The notes beneath the pieces were generated by a model that saw nothing but the letters and a program-made list of their open reading frames with translations, did no database searches and had not been told where the DNA came from. 64,000 nt of DNA, from contig CAZLJP010000002.1 in NCBI GenBank assembly GCA_964559915.1, forward strand, positions 2,423-66,422, given 5' to 3'. The stretch's first letter is position 1, and each line of letters starts with the position of its first letter. Origin of the DNA: an uncultured Candidatus Saccharibacteria bacterium (lineage in GTDB: Bacteria > Patescibacteriota > Saccharimonadia > Saccharimonadales > JALRHH01). Below are positions 9,441-18,696 of this stretch, piece by piece. A program made the translations under genes and the position numbers.

Positions 9441-10597
9441 TTGGCTATATTATCCTGCTTTGAGGGCCGTTTGGCAACGGCGTTTTGATAGATGTCCACT
9501 AGCTGTGGCCCAACGTATGCTACATCATATTGCTTCACGGCTTGTTGCTGTTCGTCATGAATGCGTGTTTTTATGGCATCATCACTAATAAACCTCTGTA
9601 AAGTACTACTAAAGGTTGCTGTATCTTGGGGGTCAAACAGGGTTTCTGGCCATGGAGCCAACACGCTGGCATAGCCCGGGTTACTACCACCCAGTACTAC
9701 CCCCGCATTTGCTGCCATACCCTCTAGCAAAACAATTCCAAAGCTTTCACCGCCCATAGCCGGAAATACTGCGATATCGGCTTGATGCAAGAAACTAGAC
9801 TTAGCCTCTTCCGTGATAAACCCATCAAACGACACTTGGCTTGCTAAATCATGTGCTTGTGCATAGTCCTGCAGAGTAGATAGTAGGGCGCCTTTGCCAC
9901 CGATATGAACCTCTACCATACTGCGTATATCTGCTGGGAGCCCGACAACTGCCTTGAGTAGCTGGAGGGCGCCTTTGCGTTCCACCAGACGACCCAAAAA
10001 CACAATGCGCGTTATTGGGCTGGTTTTGCGCTCAGGACCTTGTGTACTTTGCAGGGCAGATAGATTCACGACGTTTGGTAGTACAGTGGCCTCGACACCA
10101 AAGGCTTGCTTAGCAAATATGGCCGCTGGCTGAGAAACTGCTAATACCTTGTCGAAGCGACGCAGATTACGACGCAGAATGGCACCTAATAGACGTGTCG
10201 CCGTACGCTCGAGCGCTGCATAGGGCAAGATATGGAAGGTGCCGATAATAGCCGTGGTGGCGGGTGCAGCCGCAATAATACGTCCAGCCAAAAATGGACT
10301 GTATGGCATTTGGACATGCAAAACGTCGAACTGCTCGGTTTGTAATAACTGCTTGATGGCACGACGTTTGGCAGGCAAAGGAATAGTTAACTTATTTTTA
10401 TTAAATGTCACTGCAACATTGCGGCTGAGGCTATGAATATGAGCAATATCACTACGACTGGTTTGTCCGACCAGGTAATGGACCTCATGACCTTGCGCCG
10501 CTAACCATTCACCAAGTAATAAAACATATTGCTGCACACCATCAGGCTTGTCGAGTGTATCGTCTACGACCAAGCCTATCTTCATGGTTTGTGGCAT
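9437..10597 (-). CDS. glycosyltransferase family 4 (GT-B)
   Basis: 386 aa; N-terminal GGVQQYV-type motif; C-terminal E(x7)E region GESFGIVLLEGMAAN. Confidence 0.8.
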   Translation of the reverse strand: MPQTMKIGLVVDDTLDKPDGVQQYVLLLGEWLAAQGHEVHYLVGQTSRSDIAHIHSLSRNVAVTFNKNKLTIPLPAKRRAIKQLLQTEQFDVLHVQMPYSPFLAGRIIAAAPATTAIIGTFHILPYAALERTATRLLGAILRRNLRRFDKVLAVSQPAAIFAKQAFGVEATVLPNVVNLSALQSTQGPERKTSPITRIVFLGRLVERKGALQLLKAVVGLPADIRSMVEVHIGGKGALLSTLQDYAQAHDLASQVSFDGFITEEAKSSFLHQADIAVFPAMGGESFGIVLLEGMAANAGVVLGGSNPGYASVLAPWPETLFDPQDTATFSSTLQRFISDDAIKTRIHDEQQQAVKQYDVAYVGPQLVDIYQNAVAKRPSKQDNIAK

Positions 10598-11721
10598 TAT
10601 TTTTGGCCTTTGTAGAGTTCGGTATACAGTGCTTCGTATTGGTCGACTACTTTGGGATAATCGAACTGCTTAACATATTCCTGAGCCCATTCATTCCAGG
10701 ATGCCCTCATACCCTCATCGGTTAGAAGTAAATGTAATCTACGGGCAAAATCTTCAGAGTGACGAGGATTAATCAGCGATAGCTCGCCGCGGCCCTGCAA
10801 AACCGAACGATAGCCCGAGTTATCACCAGCTACGGCCGGTGTGCCACAGGCCATTGCTTCTAGCAGTACAATGCCAAAACTCTCGCCATACAAAGCTGGT
10901 GAACAGAGTATGGTAGAGGATTGAATAAGGCTGATTTTGTCTATATCACTAACATAGCCAAGAAATTGCAGATTCTTATCAGTTAGGCCAAGGTCAATTG
11001 CCAATTCTTCAAGCTTGAGGCGGTCGGGGCCATCTCCACCAATAATTAACTGCGCTTCGGGTAGGGTTTCCAGCAGCAATGCAAAAGCTTTAAGTAGATA
11101 TTTAACACCTTTTCGTTTCTCAAGGCGGCCAATGTAGAAAATAGTAGGAATCGTGGTTTTGGTGGCCGGTTTGGGCTGGTACCTGGCTAGGTCAATACCG
11201 TTGGGGATAATTGTAATAGGCGCATCCGTCAGTTGACTGACATATTCTGCGGCCGCATCTGATACGGCGGTTAGACTATGTAGTGATTTAAGGACAGAAC
11301 GTGTGTAAGGGGTGATGACCTTTTCAATAGTCCGACTCATGCGTGTCTCGGGCAATTTGGCATGGAACGTAGCTACGTTTATAGCATTACTTTGCGCTAA
11401 AATCTGGCGACTGATTATGGGTACCCACGGCTCATGGAAATGCAAGATATCGAATTGTTCCGCCTCTAATGCCTCAGTGATTCGGTCTTTCTTACGAGTG
11501 GCAGATACCTGGGCGGTTGTGTGCTGGGGGGTTTTCATATCGGCAGAAGCACCCAGAAAAATAACGTTTTTGGGCTGTTCACCAGTGTAACTACGGGGTT
11601 GTGGCGTGATAATTTTAACCTGATGACCGCGCGCCATAAGCTCTGCCTGGGTGGCGGCAATATGTTCCTGGACACCGCCTCCTTTGAATATATCGTAGGG
11701 GCATATGAGGCCTATTTTCAT
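10597..11721 (-). CDS. glycosyltransferase family 4 (GT-B)
   Basis: 374 aa; GGGVQEHI motif; GESFGIVLLEAMACGTPAV EX7E motif; translationally coupled to the next GT4 gene. Confidence 0.8.
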   Translation of the reverse strand: MKIGLICPYDIFKGGGVQEHIAATQAELMARGHQVKIITPQPRSYTGEQPKNVIFLGASADMKTPQHTTAQVSATRKKDRITEALEAEQFDILHFHEPWVPIISRQILAQSNAINVATFHAKLPETRMSRTIEKVITPYTRSVLKSLHSLTAVSDAAAEYVSQLTDAPITIIPNGIDLARYQPKPATKTTIPTIFYIGRLEKRKGVKYLLKAFALLLETLPEAQLIIGGDGPDRLKLEELAIDLGLTDKNLQFLGYVSDIDKISLIQSSTILCSPALYGESFGIVLLEAMACGTPAVAGDNSGYRSVLQGRGELSLINPRHSEDFARRLHLLLTDEGMRASWNEWAQEYVKQFDYPKVVDQYEALYTELYKGQK

Positions 11722-11751
11722 CTTGATATAAGTATACCAGACAGGGGCGTA

Positions 11752-12675
11752 TTAGCTGGCCAGGACAGTTCGAATCTCAGCCGGAATAAGAGGCGCAGCG
11801 TCCTTTTTGGTAGCAATCACACTGGGCGCATGATTATCCAAAATAGATACTGCCAGGTGAAAATCATTAAATATAACCCTGTAGTGCTGCTCAACTTTGT
11901 GGTTATCAAAATATTTTTCGCCGGCTACAGAGATGTGCCACACCGGCAAATCAACCTTTTTGCCACAATTATCAAGTGTTAGCATCTGTACCGTGGTTAG
12001 CCAGTGGGTCCGAACATCATTGGCGTGCCATAGGTGCACTTCGAAATCCATAAGCTGGTTAAATTCTTTAGGTGTGGTGTTCTGAAACTTGTGCTTGGCA
12101 TTGTGAGTACGGGCATATACGGACCGTAGTAGCACGGGATGGAGTAGTACATTTCTAAAGAAAATCGCTGGTAATCGGTGCGATAAGAAGCGCGAAGCTA
12201 CTACGTAGGCGCTGTGTCGGCGGCGACTAAACAAAAAATCAGTTTCGTGGGCGAATCCAACTACGCTAACGAGTAAATCGACTTTTTTAGCCATTTCTGG
12301 GTAACGCTGCAACATTCGGGTTGCTACTACGAAACCAAACGATAGGCCAGCAATGGTGAAGCGACGATTTTTATAGTGCATCTTAATAAACGTTGCAAGG
12401 TAGTCGGCGAGGGCGTCAAGTGTTGGTTTTTCTCCAATCTTGTAGAAGCTATCCATGCCACCAAAACCCGGTAAATCGATGGCCGTCACTGCACCGTAAT
12501 CATTCAAGCCCTGAATAAGGCCCCACCAGCGTTCAAGTGTAGAATGGTGCCCATATATAAAAAGAATCTCTCGTTTGTGCTCCTGGGGCGCTGGCATGCG
12601 CAACATACGGCCATTAAGACCGTTTACATACAGGGGCACAATATAGTCTATTGGACTATTTTTAGTATCTGACAT
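11752..12675 (-). CDS. alpha/beta-fold hydrolase
   Basis: 307 aa; HG oxyanion region (IYGHHS); nucleophile elbow GLSFG. Confidence 0.6.
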   Translation of the reverse strand: MSDTKNSPIDYIVPLYVNGLNGRMLRMPAPQEHKREILFIYGHHSTLERWWGLIQGLNDYGAVTAIDLPGFGGMDSFYKIGEKPTLDALADYLATFIKMHYKNRRFTIAGLSFGFVVATRMLQRYPEMAKKVDLLVSVVGFAHETDFLFSRRRHSAYVVASRFLSHRLPAIFFRNVLLHPVLLRSVYARTHNAKHKFQNTTPKEFNQLMDFEVHLWHANDVRTHWLTTVQMLTLDNCGKKVDLPVWHISVAGEKYFDNHKVEQHYRVIFNDFHLAVSILDNHAPSVIATKKDAAPLIPAEIRTVLAS

Positions 12676-12714
12676 TGTATTTATTGTAGTACATATAGCG
12701 GGGTAAAGACTAGC

Positions 12715-13953
12715 TTAGAGCTGTGGTATTAAGCGTGAAATAAGTGTTGGTTTACGCAGCGCCTGATGCGTTACAACCGGTACTTCGACCGAGTCCCTGC
12801 CAAAACGCATAGTCACTGCGCCCACACGACTCTCCGTAGGAGTAGGAAGCAGTAGGGTGTTGAGCTTAATTATTGGGGTCTGCGGTTTACTCCGCCACAC
12901 AACGCCAGCTACATCTGTATTAACGACCGCATCGACTGATTGGCCCGCCACAGAATAGCTGCCGACTGGCTGATTAGCTTTGATAACGGTTTGGTATTCA
13001 AACCCATCTAGTACCGAACGAATAAGTGGTACCGAGTCCCGGAGTGCTGCAGATAAGTTTGGAGCACCCATAATCACGCTTACCGCTATCACTTTGTGCC
13101 CATTAATCTCACGAACTGCCGCAGCCATAAAACAGCCTCCTGCTGCTTCTGTATTGCCAGTTTTCACGCCTACAATAGCGTCCTTGCCTAGCAGCATATT
13201 AACGTTAAATATTCTGCCAGCCACCGGTATGATAGCTTCTTTTTGTGCTGCTATTTCAGCAATAACCGGGTTATCCATGGCATTAACTGCTAGCTTTACC
13301 AGGTCTTCTGCCGTACTGACTGTTTGAGAGTCATAGCCACTGGCGTCTGCAAACTGAGTGTTAGTCATGCCAAGGGATTTAGCAAAGTTGTTTACAAAAG
13401 CCAGGTATTTATCGTCTGAGCCATATGCCCAGCGAACCAGTGTGTGTGCAATGTTATTAGCGGAGGGGAGTAGTAGTGCCTGGAGTGCCTCATACTCTGT
13501 AATTTCTTCACCGTATTGGACTGGTACATTAGACCCGTCCATTGCAATGGTGCGGTTGTACTCTTCTACGTCTGACTGATTAATTGTGATAATTGGGCCT
13601 TTTTCACCCACATTAAGCGGCTTTTGCTTGAGCACAGCCAAAGCAGTCATCACCTTAGCCACGCTGGCGGTTGGTAAGGCCTTTGGGGTACCGTGCGTAT
13701 CTAATATGCCATAGCCCACAGCGCCCACAGCTGCCTGTCCATAGTCAGGCCAGGCAATTGATACATCCTTTTTGGCCGGAATTGATACTGATACAACGTC
13801 AGCATGTAGGGCAGGAATGGGACGTAGTGCAGCAAAGCCTAGATACACAGTAATCACAACTAGTATAAAAAAGAGCTTCCCAGGGCGTTTTGTACGTTTT
13901 GCCTTAGGACGCTTAACAGCTTTAAAATCTTGCGGTTCTACCACTCTCATCAT
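12715..13953 (-). CDS. D-alanyl-D-alanine carboxypeptidase (S11, PBP5-like), membrane anchored
   Basis: 412 aa; N-terminal TM segment; SxxK (SVAK), SxN (SANN) and KTG motifs in the correct order. Confidence 0.85.
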   Translation of the reverse strand: MMRVVEPQDFKAVKRPKAKRTKRPGKLFFILVVITVYLGFAALRPIPALHADVVSVSIPAKKDVSIAWPDYGQAAVGAVGYGILDTHGTPKALPTASVAKVMTALAVLKQKPLNVGEKGPIITINQSDVEEYNRTIAMDGSNVPVQYGEEITEYEALQALLLPSANNIAHTLVRWAYGSDDKYLAFVNNFAKSLGMTNTQFADASGYDSQTVSTAEDLVKLAVNAMDNPVIAEIAAQKEAIIPVAGRIFNVNMLLGKDAIVGVKTGNTEAAGGCFMAAAVREINGHKVIAVSVIMGAPNLSAALRDSVPLIRSVLDGFEYQTVIKANQPVGSYSVAGQSVDAVVNTDVAGVVWRSKPQTPIIKLNTLLLPTPTESRVGAVTMRFGRDSVEVPVVTHQALRKPTLISRLIPQL

Positions 13954-14038
13954 TTACTAACAGTATACCGAACATAAGCGTCTTCAGTACAGCGCATTCC
14001 AAATAATATGCACTGACATTTTATTGGTGCGTTTTAGT

Positions 14039-14057
14039 TGGCTAGGGCGGAGGGATT
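14039..14057 (-). pseudogene. 3' fragment of a second tRNA-Gln (T-stem 3' strand, acceptor 3' strand CGCCCTA, then G-CCA)
   Basis: 19 nt, identical to the 3' end of the intact tRNA-Gln except for one base; that base complements the variant base 2 of the 5' fragment at 14280-14328. Confidence 0.7.
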
Positions 14058-14169
14058 AATCTATTGCTTCTGGCTGGGGCGGAGGGATTCGAACCCCCGA
14101 ATGCCAGTACCAAAAACTGGTGCCTTACCACTTGGCCACGCCCCAACGAAGCCAGAAGTAATAGATTAA
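14056..14169. repeat. 19-bp inverted repeat (14056-14074 / 14151-14169) bracketing the intact tRNA-Gln
   Basis: ttaatctattgcttctggc versus gccagaagtaatagattaa: 18 of 19 positions complementary (one A.C mismatch in the RNA). The arm at 14056-14074 includes the encoded GCCA end of the tRNA. Confidence 0.85.
14071..14145 (-). tRNA. tRNA-Gln (anticodon UUG), CCA encoded
   Basis: 75-nt cloverleaf read by hand: acceptor TGGGGCG/CGCCCCA, D arm GCCAAGTGGTAAGGC, anticodon stem CCAGT/ACTGG with loop TTTTGGT, T arm GGGGG-TTCGAAT-CCCTC; closely resembles E. coli tRNA-Gln. Confidence 0.9.
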
Positions 14170-14279
14170 TTGTCAATTATACGGGATTCGACTCACCTTC
14201 GGCGAGCCCTCGACTTCATGATTGAAAACAAGTTTTCATCAGAAGGTCGACTTGCAGCTTGCCGCAGGCAATCTTCACT

Positions 14280-14328
14280 CCGAATGCCAGTACCAAAAAC
14301 TGGTGCCTTACCACTTGGCCACGCCCTA
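14280..14328 (-). pseudogene. 5' two-thirds of a second tRNA-Gln (acceptor 5' strand TAGGGCG through the first two T-stem bases)
   Basis: 49 nt, identical to positions 1-49 of the intact tRNA-Gln except for base 2 (A instead of G); diverges abruptly inside the T stem. Confidence 0.75.
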
Positions 14329-14352
14329 ATATACTTGTAAATTAACAGATTG

Positions 14353-14381
14353 ATTCTACCCTATAATCAACTAGAAGACAA
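14353..14381 (-). promoter_or_regulatory. possible promoter for the tRNA-Gln locus (TTGTCT-N17-TAGAAT on the minus strand)
   Basis: Hexamers read on the minus strand, about 20 nt upstream of the 5' tRNA fragment. Confidence 0.3.
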
Positions 14382-14400
14382 ACTGGGGTGAGGCTTATGC

Positions 14401-14429
14401 TTGCGTAGCGATGTAAAAGGAGTACTATT
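14401..14429 (+). promoter_or_regulatory. promoter TTGCGT-N17-ACTATT preceded by GGCTTATGC (member of the TTATGCTTGC motif set)
   Basis: -35 at 14401-14406 and -10 at 14424-14429; ATG at 14435. Confidence 0.4.
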
Positions 14430-14434
14430 GCAGA

Positions 14435-15010
14435 ATGTCAGAAACAACTCCTATCAACTACGCCGTACGGATGGGCCTCGAACTACACGAAAATCCATTT
14501 GGGCCACTCGATATGTACGCCACCATCCCTTTGGATAAAGTGGGACGGCATCTTGCACAACAGCCAGATGATAATCTAGACTATGCAATTCTGTATTTTC
14601 CAGATAAGAATAAGTCATATTCGGGACACGACGAGCACATCTCCGTCATCAAATATACTGAAGAATATGCAGATGAGAGTAAGCACATGCTACAAAAGGC
14701 AAGCTCACTCAAGGTAGGGAATTGGGCGCTTAACAGTTACCAGGCCAAAAAAGATGCCCAGATGTACACAAAATCAGTCTACGATACGACACCTGGGTTA
14801 CGCAGACAGTGCGAACAGCTTGGGCTGCCATATATGGCAATTTTGTTCAAAAGCGCTGTAGACGCCCCAGAGATTACACACGCGACACTTCATATTGCGG
14901 CCTACGCACGGCTTAAAAGAGGTCTTAGGTTCTTTATGTCTGATATCGAACTAGGCAAAACACACTTCTATGACGGAAACGCTGCGAATGTAGCGCGAGC
15001 TATATCCTGA
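14435..15010 (+). CDS. hypothetical protein
   Basis: 191-aa ORF immediately after the promoter; no family recognised. Confidence 0.55.
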   Translation: MSETTPINYAVRMGLELHENPFGPLDMYATIPLDKVGRHLAQQPDDNLDYAILYFPDKNKSYSGHDEHISVIKYTEEYADESKHMLQKASSLKVGNWALNSYQAKKDAQMYTKSVYDTTPGLRRQCEQLGLPYMAILFKSAVDAPEITHATLHIAAYARLKRGLRFFMSDIELGKTHFYDGNAANVARAIS

Positions 15011-15936
15011 AATACACTTGTACCACTTGTCGTATCATACGACTTGGTATGTGACTTTGTGAAAATAACCAACACATAGGGCCGCGTGCCATTATCAATA
15101 ACTGTTGCGTCGTGCACGCGGTCTATGAGGTAGCCTGGCTTGTGATATATCTTGGTACCGCTTGGAACGATTGACGTGATGTAGTCTACCTCTTTGGCGC
15201 GCTGCATATACGATAGTAGTAGGTCTGTGTGCTCTTGGTTTAGAAGCCGCTGCTGATATAGGTTATTTAACAACCGCGCAAGACTGGCAGGAGTAACGGT
15301 ATTTTTGTCTGGGTCATAGCCCTCAAAGCCAATTTTATCTGCATAGGCCGCAAGCTCGACATGTGTCATGATGTGATTATTAAAGTCGTCCCATGCGTCG
15401 TTATCACTGTCCACGATAAGGGCTTCAAGAGCCGCCTTGGCTGTCCGATTACCGACCGGTTCGCTTAAATTATCCTTACCACCCTCGACATCACTCAAAA
15501 AGGCAATTGCAGTCAGTAACTTGGATGTACTAGCTGCCTCAAACGGGCTTTGTTCACCGTAGTTAAGGGCTTGCCCCGTCTTAATATCTATAACTGACAC
15601 ACCGATATCCATACTAGAAGTTGTCTGAACAGTCTGATTGATTGCTGCGCTCATGGCCGTAAAATCAAGCTGTTTTGGCTCCGGTTCGCGGGTTTGCACG
15701 CCAGCCACCTGGGAATCCGACTGACTTTTTGCATCATGCTTGTTCCACGAACCCACAAAAACCATAGCTAAAATGCCAACCAATACTAGAACGATGGTTG
15801 CTTGGGCGCCCCGGCGTTTCGGAGGGGCTACATTACGTCGCTGCAAAGCAGGACTGCTGCGGTGCCTGTTCTGAGGATAGCTCACTGAGCGTATAAGTTC
15901 GGGTGGACGTTTTTGGCGTGGCAAAAGTAATGACAT
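14968..15936 (-). CDS. class A beta-lactamase-like serine hydrolase, membrane anchored
   Basis: SxxK (STSK), SDN (DSDND) and a KTG-like KPG motif. The track ORF extends to 16131, but the Met at 15936 precedes the basic/TM N-terminus. Confidence 0.7.
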   Translation of the reverse strand: MSLLLPRQKRPPELIRSVSYPQNRHRSSPALQRRNVAPPKRRGAQATIVLVLVGILAMVFVGSWNKHDAKSQSDSQVAGVQTREPEPKQLDFTAMSAAINQTVQTTSSMDIGVSVIDIKTGQALNYGEQSPFEAASTSKLLTAIAFLSDVEGGKDNLSEPVGNRTAKAALEALIVDSDNDAWDDFNNHIMTHVELAAYADKIGFEGYDPDKNTVTPASLARLLNNLYQQRLLNQEHTDLLLSYMQRAKEVDYITSIVPSGTKIYHKPGYLIDRVHDATVIDNGTRPYVLVIFTKSHTKSYDTTSGTSVFQDIARATFAAFPS

Positions 15937-16241
15937 AGTTTTTAGCAAATAACCAATACATTGTATCGCAAGCCACATATGCTTACGAGCATAATAGTCA
16001 TAATTTTTACAGCACTTGTAGCTTAATGACCGTACGCTACTAGTACATACCCAAAAACTGAGAGGGGGCTGTATGGAAAAAAGAGTATTGAGCGGCGAGA
16101 TGCATAAGGAATACAAGCAAAACCACAGCATTGTGTGGGACGATTATCTTGTGTATTAAATGTAAATAATTTCACTGCTGTATCTTGTAATAGTCCGTAC
16201 CATAAGAGGGCAGTAATCATAAAGGGGAAAGGGCCTAGATA

Positions 16242-16391
16242 ATGAAAAAAACTACTGTAGCCAAAAATGTAAGCGTGCGGGACGCACTAAGTTTCACAGA
16301 ATTATACGACGAGATTTCCAGCGATTGGGAACTCAAAGCAGAGCGTTTACAGCATCGCCGCTGGCGTGAGCTAAAACGCAGACTATCCTAG
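16242..16391 (+). CDS. small hypothetical protein (49 aa, Arg-rich C-terminus)
   Basis: ATG preceded by a GGGGAAAGGG purine tract; ORF ends 14 nt before a strong terminator; below the length cutoff of the ORF track. Confidence 0.35.
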   Translation: MKKTTVAKNVSVRDALSFTELYDEISSDWELKAERLQHRRWRELKRRLS

Positions 16392-16404
16392 GGACTAGCC
16401 ATAG

Positions 16405-16440
16405 AAAAACGCCTTCTGATTATGCGCAGAAGGCGTTTTT
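16405..16440. terminator. bidirectional rho-independent terminator
   Basis: 9-bp GC-rich stem CGCCTTCTG/CAGAAGGCG flanked by AAAAA and TTTTT, between convergent genes. Confidence 0.85.
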
Positions 16441-16457
16441 GTTTGTGGAAGTTACAC

Positions 16458-16967
16458 TTATTTTTTAGCAGTGTATGAATCACGAATCTGGTACAAGAAG
16501 TACAGACCAATGGCTACACCAATGAGGTTACCAATAAATGAACCTGCGCCACGTCCATCAATAAAGATATTAAGTACTGCATACCCGGCGCTTAGTATGA
16601 CGCCAAGAAATAACAGGTCCCAACCACGCTTAGCATGTGCCTTGAGTGGCTTGTAAGCAGCAACCATCAAAGCGCCACTAACGGCCACGAAGGCAATACT
16701 GACAAAAATTACTACCTTGTCGAAGCTGCTGTAGCCAACATTAATACCGGTGTATGTTGCCAAAGTCTGTGCATAATCAGCCAACGGGCTAACAACGCCG
16801 TCGTATAGGCGCCATAGACCCCATGCAGACCACAGCTGTAGTACGCCCAATATGAGGGCTACAATTGGCCAATATTCTACGATTGTTTTCTTTGTGTCTT
16901 TTGGCAAGGCTGGCGCGTTTTTGTATAAATCGCCGAGCTTTGTTTCGAGTGTTGCTAATTGTCCCAT
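16458..16967 (-). CDS. hypothetical integral membrane protein (4 TM segments)
   Basis: 169 aa with four hydrophobic segments; no family recognised. Confidence 0.55.
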   Translation of the reverse strand: MGQLATLETKLGDLYKNAPALPKDTKKTIVEYWPIVALILGVLQLWSAWGLWRLYDGVVSPLADYAQTLATYTGINVGYSSFDKVVIFVSIAFVAVSGALMVAAYKPLKAHAKRGWDLLFLGVILSAGYAVLNIFIDGRGAGSFIGNLIGVAIGLYFLYQIRDSYTAKK

Positions 16968-17099
16968 AGATACTCTCCAGTTATTATCATTCTTAGCTTA
17001 GTCCTGTTTTTATCAGTCTGCAATACTTATACACAGCAATCTCTCAGTTTGGCCATGCTATACTATGTAAAGCTTAAAATTATCTCAAGAGGAAATTAC

Positions 17100-18662
17100 A
17101 TGAGTAAAACAAAACCATTAGATGTGGCTGTTCAACACGGCCTAGACTTAAGTCACCGCGAGATTATGGTAATTATTGGCGCATTAATGTCCGCTATGCT
17201 ATTAGCTGCGCTTGACCAAACTATTGTCTCGACTGCGCTACCCAAGATTGCCAGTGATTTACACGGGCTTAGTAAATATTCATGGGTTGCGACGGCTTAT
17301 CTTCTGACTAGTGCTGTATCAACACCGCTGTACGGCAAAATTAGTGACATGTTTGGCCGCAAACGTATTTTCCAAAGCGCCATCTTGATATTTCTTATCG
17401 GTTCCGTGCTCTGTGGCCTTGCCCAGAATATGAATCAACTGATTGTCTTCCGTGGTATCCAAGGCATAGGTGCCGGTGGACTGATGACACTGGTGTTTAC
17501 CATCATAGGCGATATCGTGCCACCACGGCAACGTGGCAAGTATCAGGGATATTTTGGCGCAGTGTTTGCTGTTTCTAGTGTGATTGGGCCACTGTTAGGT
17601 GGACTATTTACTGATCATCTGAGCTGGCGCTGGATATTCTTCATAAATGTACCTATCGGCATCTTTGCGATGTCTGCGATTGCTGCTCGGCTGCATCTGC
17701 CGGTAAATAAGTCGCCACATAAAGTCGATTACGCCGGGGCCGGCTTGTTAGCTACAGCGGTCGTTTCGTTGCTGCTAGCTACGGTGTGGGGCGGTGTGGA
17801 CTATCCATGGCTGTCGGCACAAATACTAGGCCTCTTCAGTACCAGTGCTATCGCCACAGGCCTATTCATTCTGCGTGAGCGAGTTGCCAAGGAGCCTGTT
17901 ATTTCACTCGGCCTATTCAAGAACGATATCTTTCGCACTTCAACCATCCTAGCCTTGCTTATCGGTATGGTGATGTTTGGTGCACTGATATTCCTGCCCG
18001 AGTATCAGCAGCTGGTGCGCGGTGACACAGCGACTAAATCAGGCCTGATGCTGTTACCACTCGTAGCTGGCATGATGGCTGCGTCTATTACATCTGGGCG
18101 GCTTATATCTAAGACGGGCAAGTACCGTCCGTTCCCAATTATCGGTACTGCGCTCGTCACACTTAGTTTCTGGCTATTCAGCCACATTGCTATTGATACC
18201 AGTCGGGTGATGCTGGGCATTTGGATGGTTATCCTTGGAATGGGCGTGGGCCTGGTAATGCCGGTACTGACACTGGCTGTGCAAAATGCTGTCGATCGCA
18301 AAAATATGGGGACAGCAACTTCTACGGTTACGTTCTTTAGGAGCATCGGTAGCTCATTGGGTGCGGCAATCTTTGGCGCTATACTTGCCAGCCGCCTGAC
18401 ACATCATTTACTAGAAACGCTGCCGGCAGAGCAGGGTCAATCTGCCGCTTCCGCACTGAAGGGCAGTGTTGCCTCGCTGCAACACCTACCACCAGAGACG
18501 ATACACACCGTATTGGTAGCATTCTCGAGCTCATTCCACGATGTATTCTTGTTTGGTATCCCGTTTGCCATCCTGGCATTCATAACCACGCTGTTCCTAC
18601 GTGAATCGCCTCTCAGAGGCGCACCATCGGCTGAAGCCAAAGCCGAATCACTCAGCGTATAG
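17100..18662 (+). CDS. MFS transporter, DHA2 (EmrB/QacA, 14-TMS) family
   Basis: Motif A-like [11 protein letters not shown]; 14 hydrophobic segments; start moved to the ATG at 17100 (SD AAGAGGAAA) from the track start at 16959. Confidence 0.85.
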   Translation: MSKTKPLDVAVQHGLDLSHREIMVIIGALMSAMLLAALDQTIVSTALPKIASDLHGLSKYSWVATAYLLTSAVSTPLYGKISDMFGRKRIFQSAILIFLIGSVLCGLAQNMNQLIVFRGIQGIGAGGLMTLVFTIIGDIVPPRQRGKYQGYFGAVFAVSSVIGPLLGGLFTDHLSWRWIFFINVPIGIFAMSAIAARLHLPVNKSPHKVDYAGAGLLATAVVSLLLATVWGGVDYPWLSAQILGLFSTSAIATGLFILRERVAKEPVISLGLFKNDIFRTSTILALLIGMVMFGALIFLPEYQQLVRGDTATKSGLMLLPLVAGMMAASITSGRLISKTGKYRPFPIIGTALVTLSFWLFSHIAIDTSRVMLGIWMVILGMGVGLVMPVLTLAVQNAVDRKNMGTATSTVTFFRSIGSSLGAAIFGAILASRLTHHLLETLPAEQGQSAASALKGSVASLQHLPPETIHTVLVAFSSSFHDVFLFGIPFAILAFITTLFLRESPLRGAPSAEAKAESLSV

Positions 18663-18696
18663 CCTAGCGACTCTTTTGTAGCTACAATATACAGCA

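Noticed and set aside
15937-16131. N-terminal extensions of several track ORFs: 14968-16131, 16959-18662, 34095-35090, 2966-4261, 42095-42334 and 59622-60227.
   Set aside because: The extensions are Cys/Leu/Phe-rich and lack homology-like features. They overlap upstream genes, promoters or terminators, and internal Met codons have better SD or leaderless -10 signals. Shorter coordinates were used.
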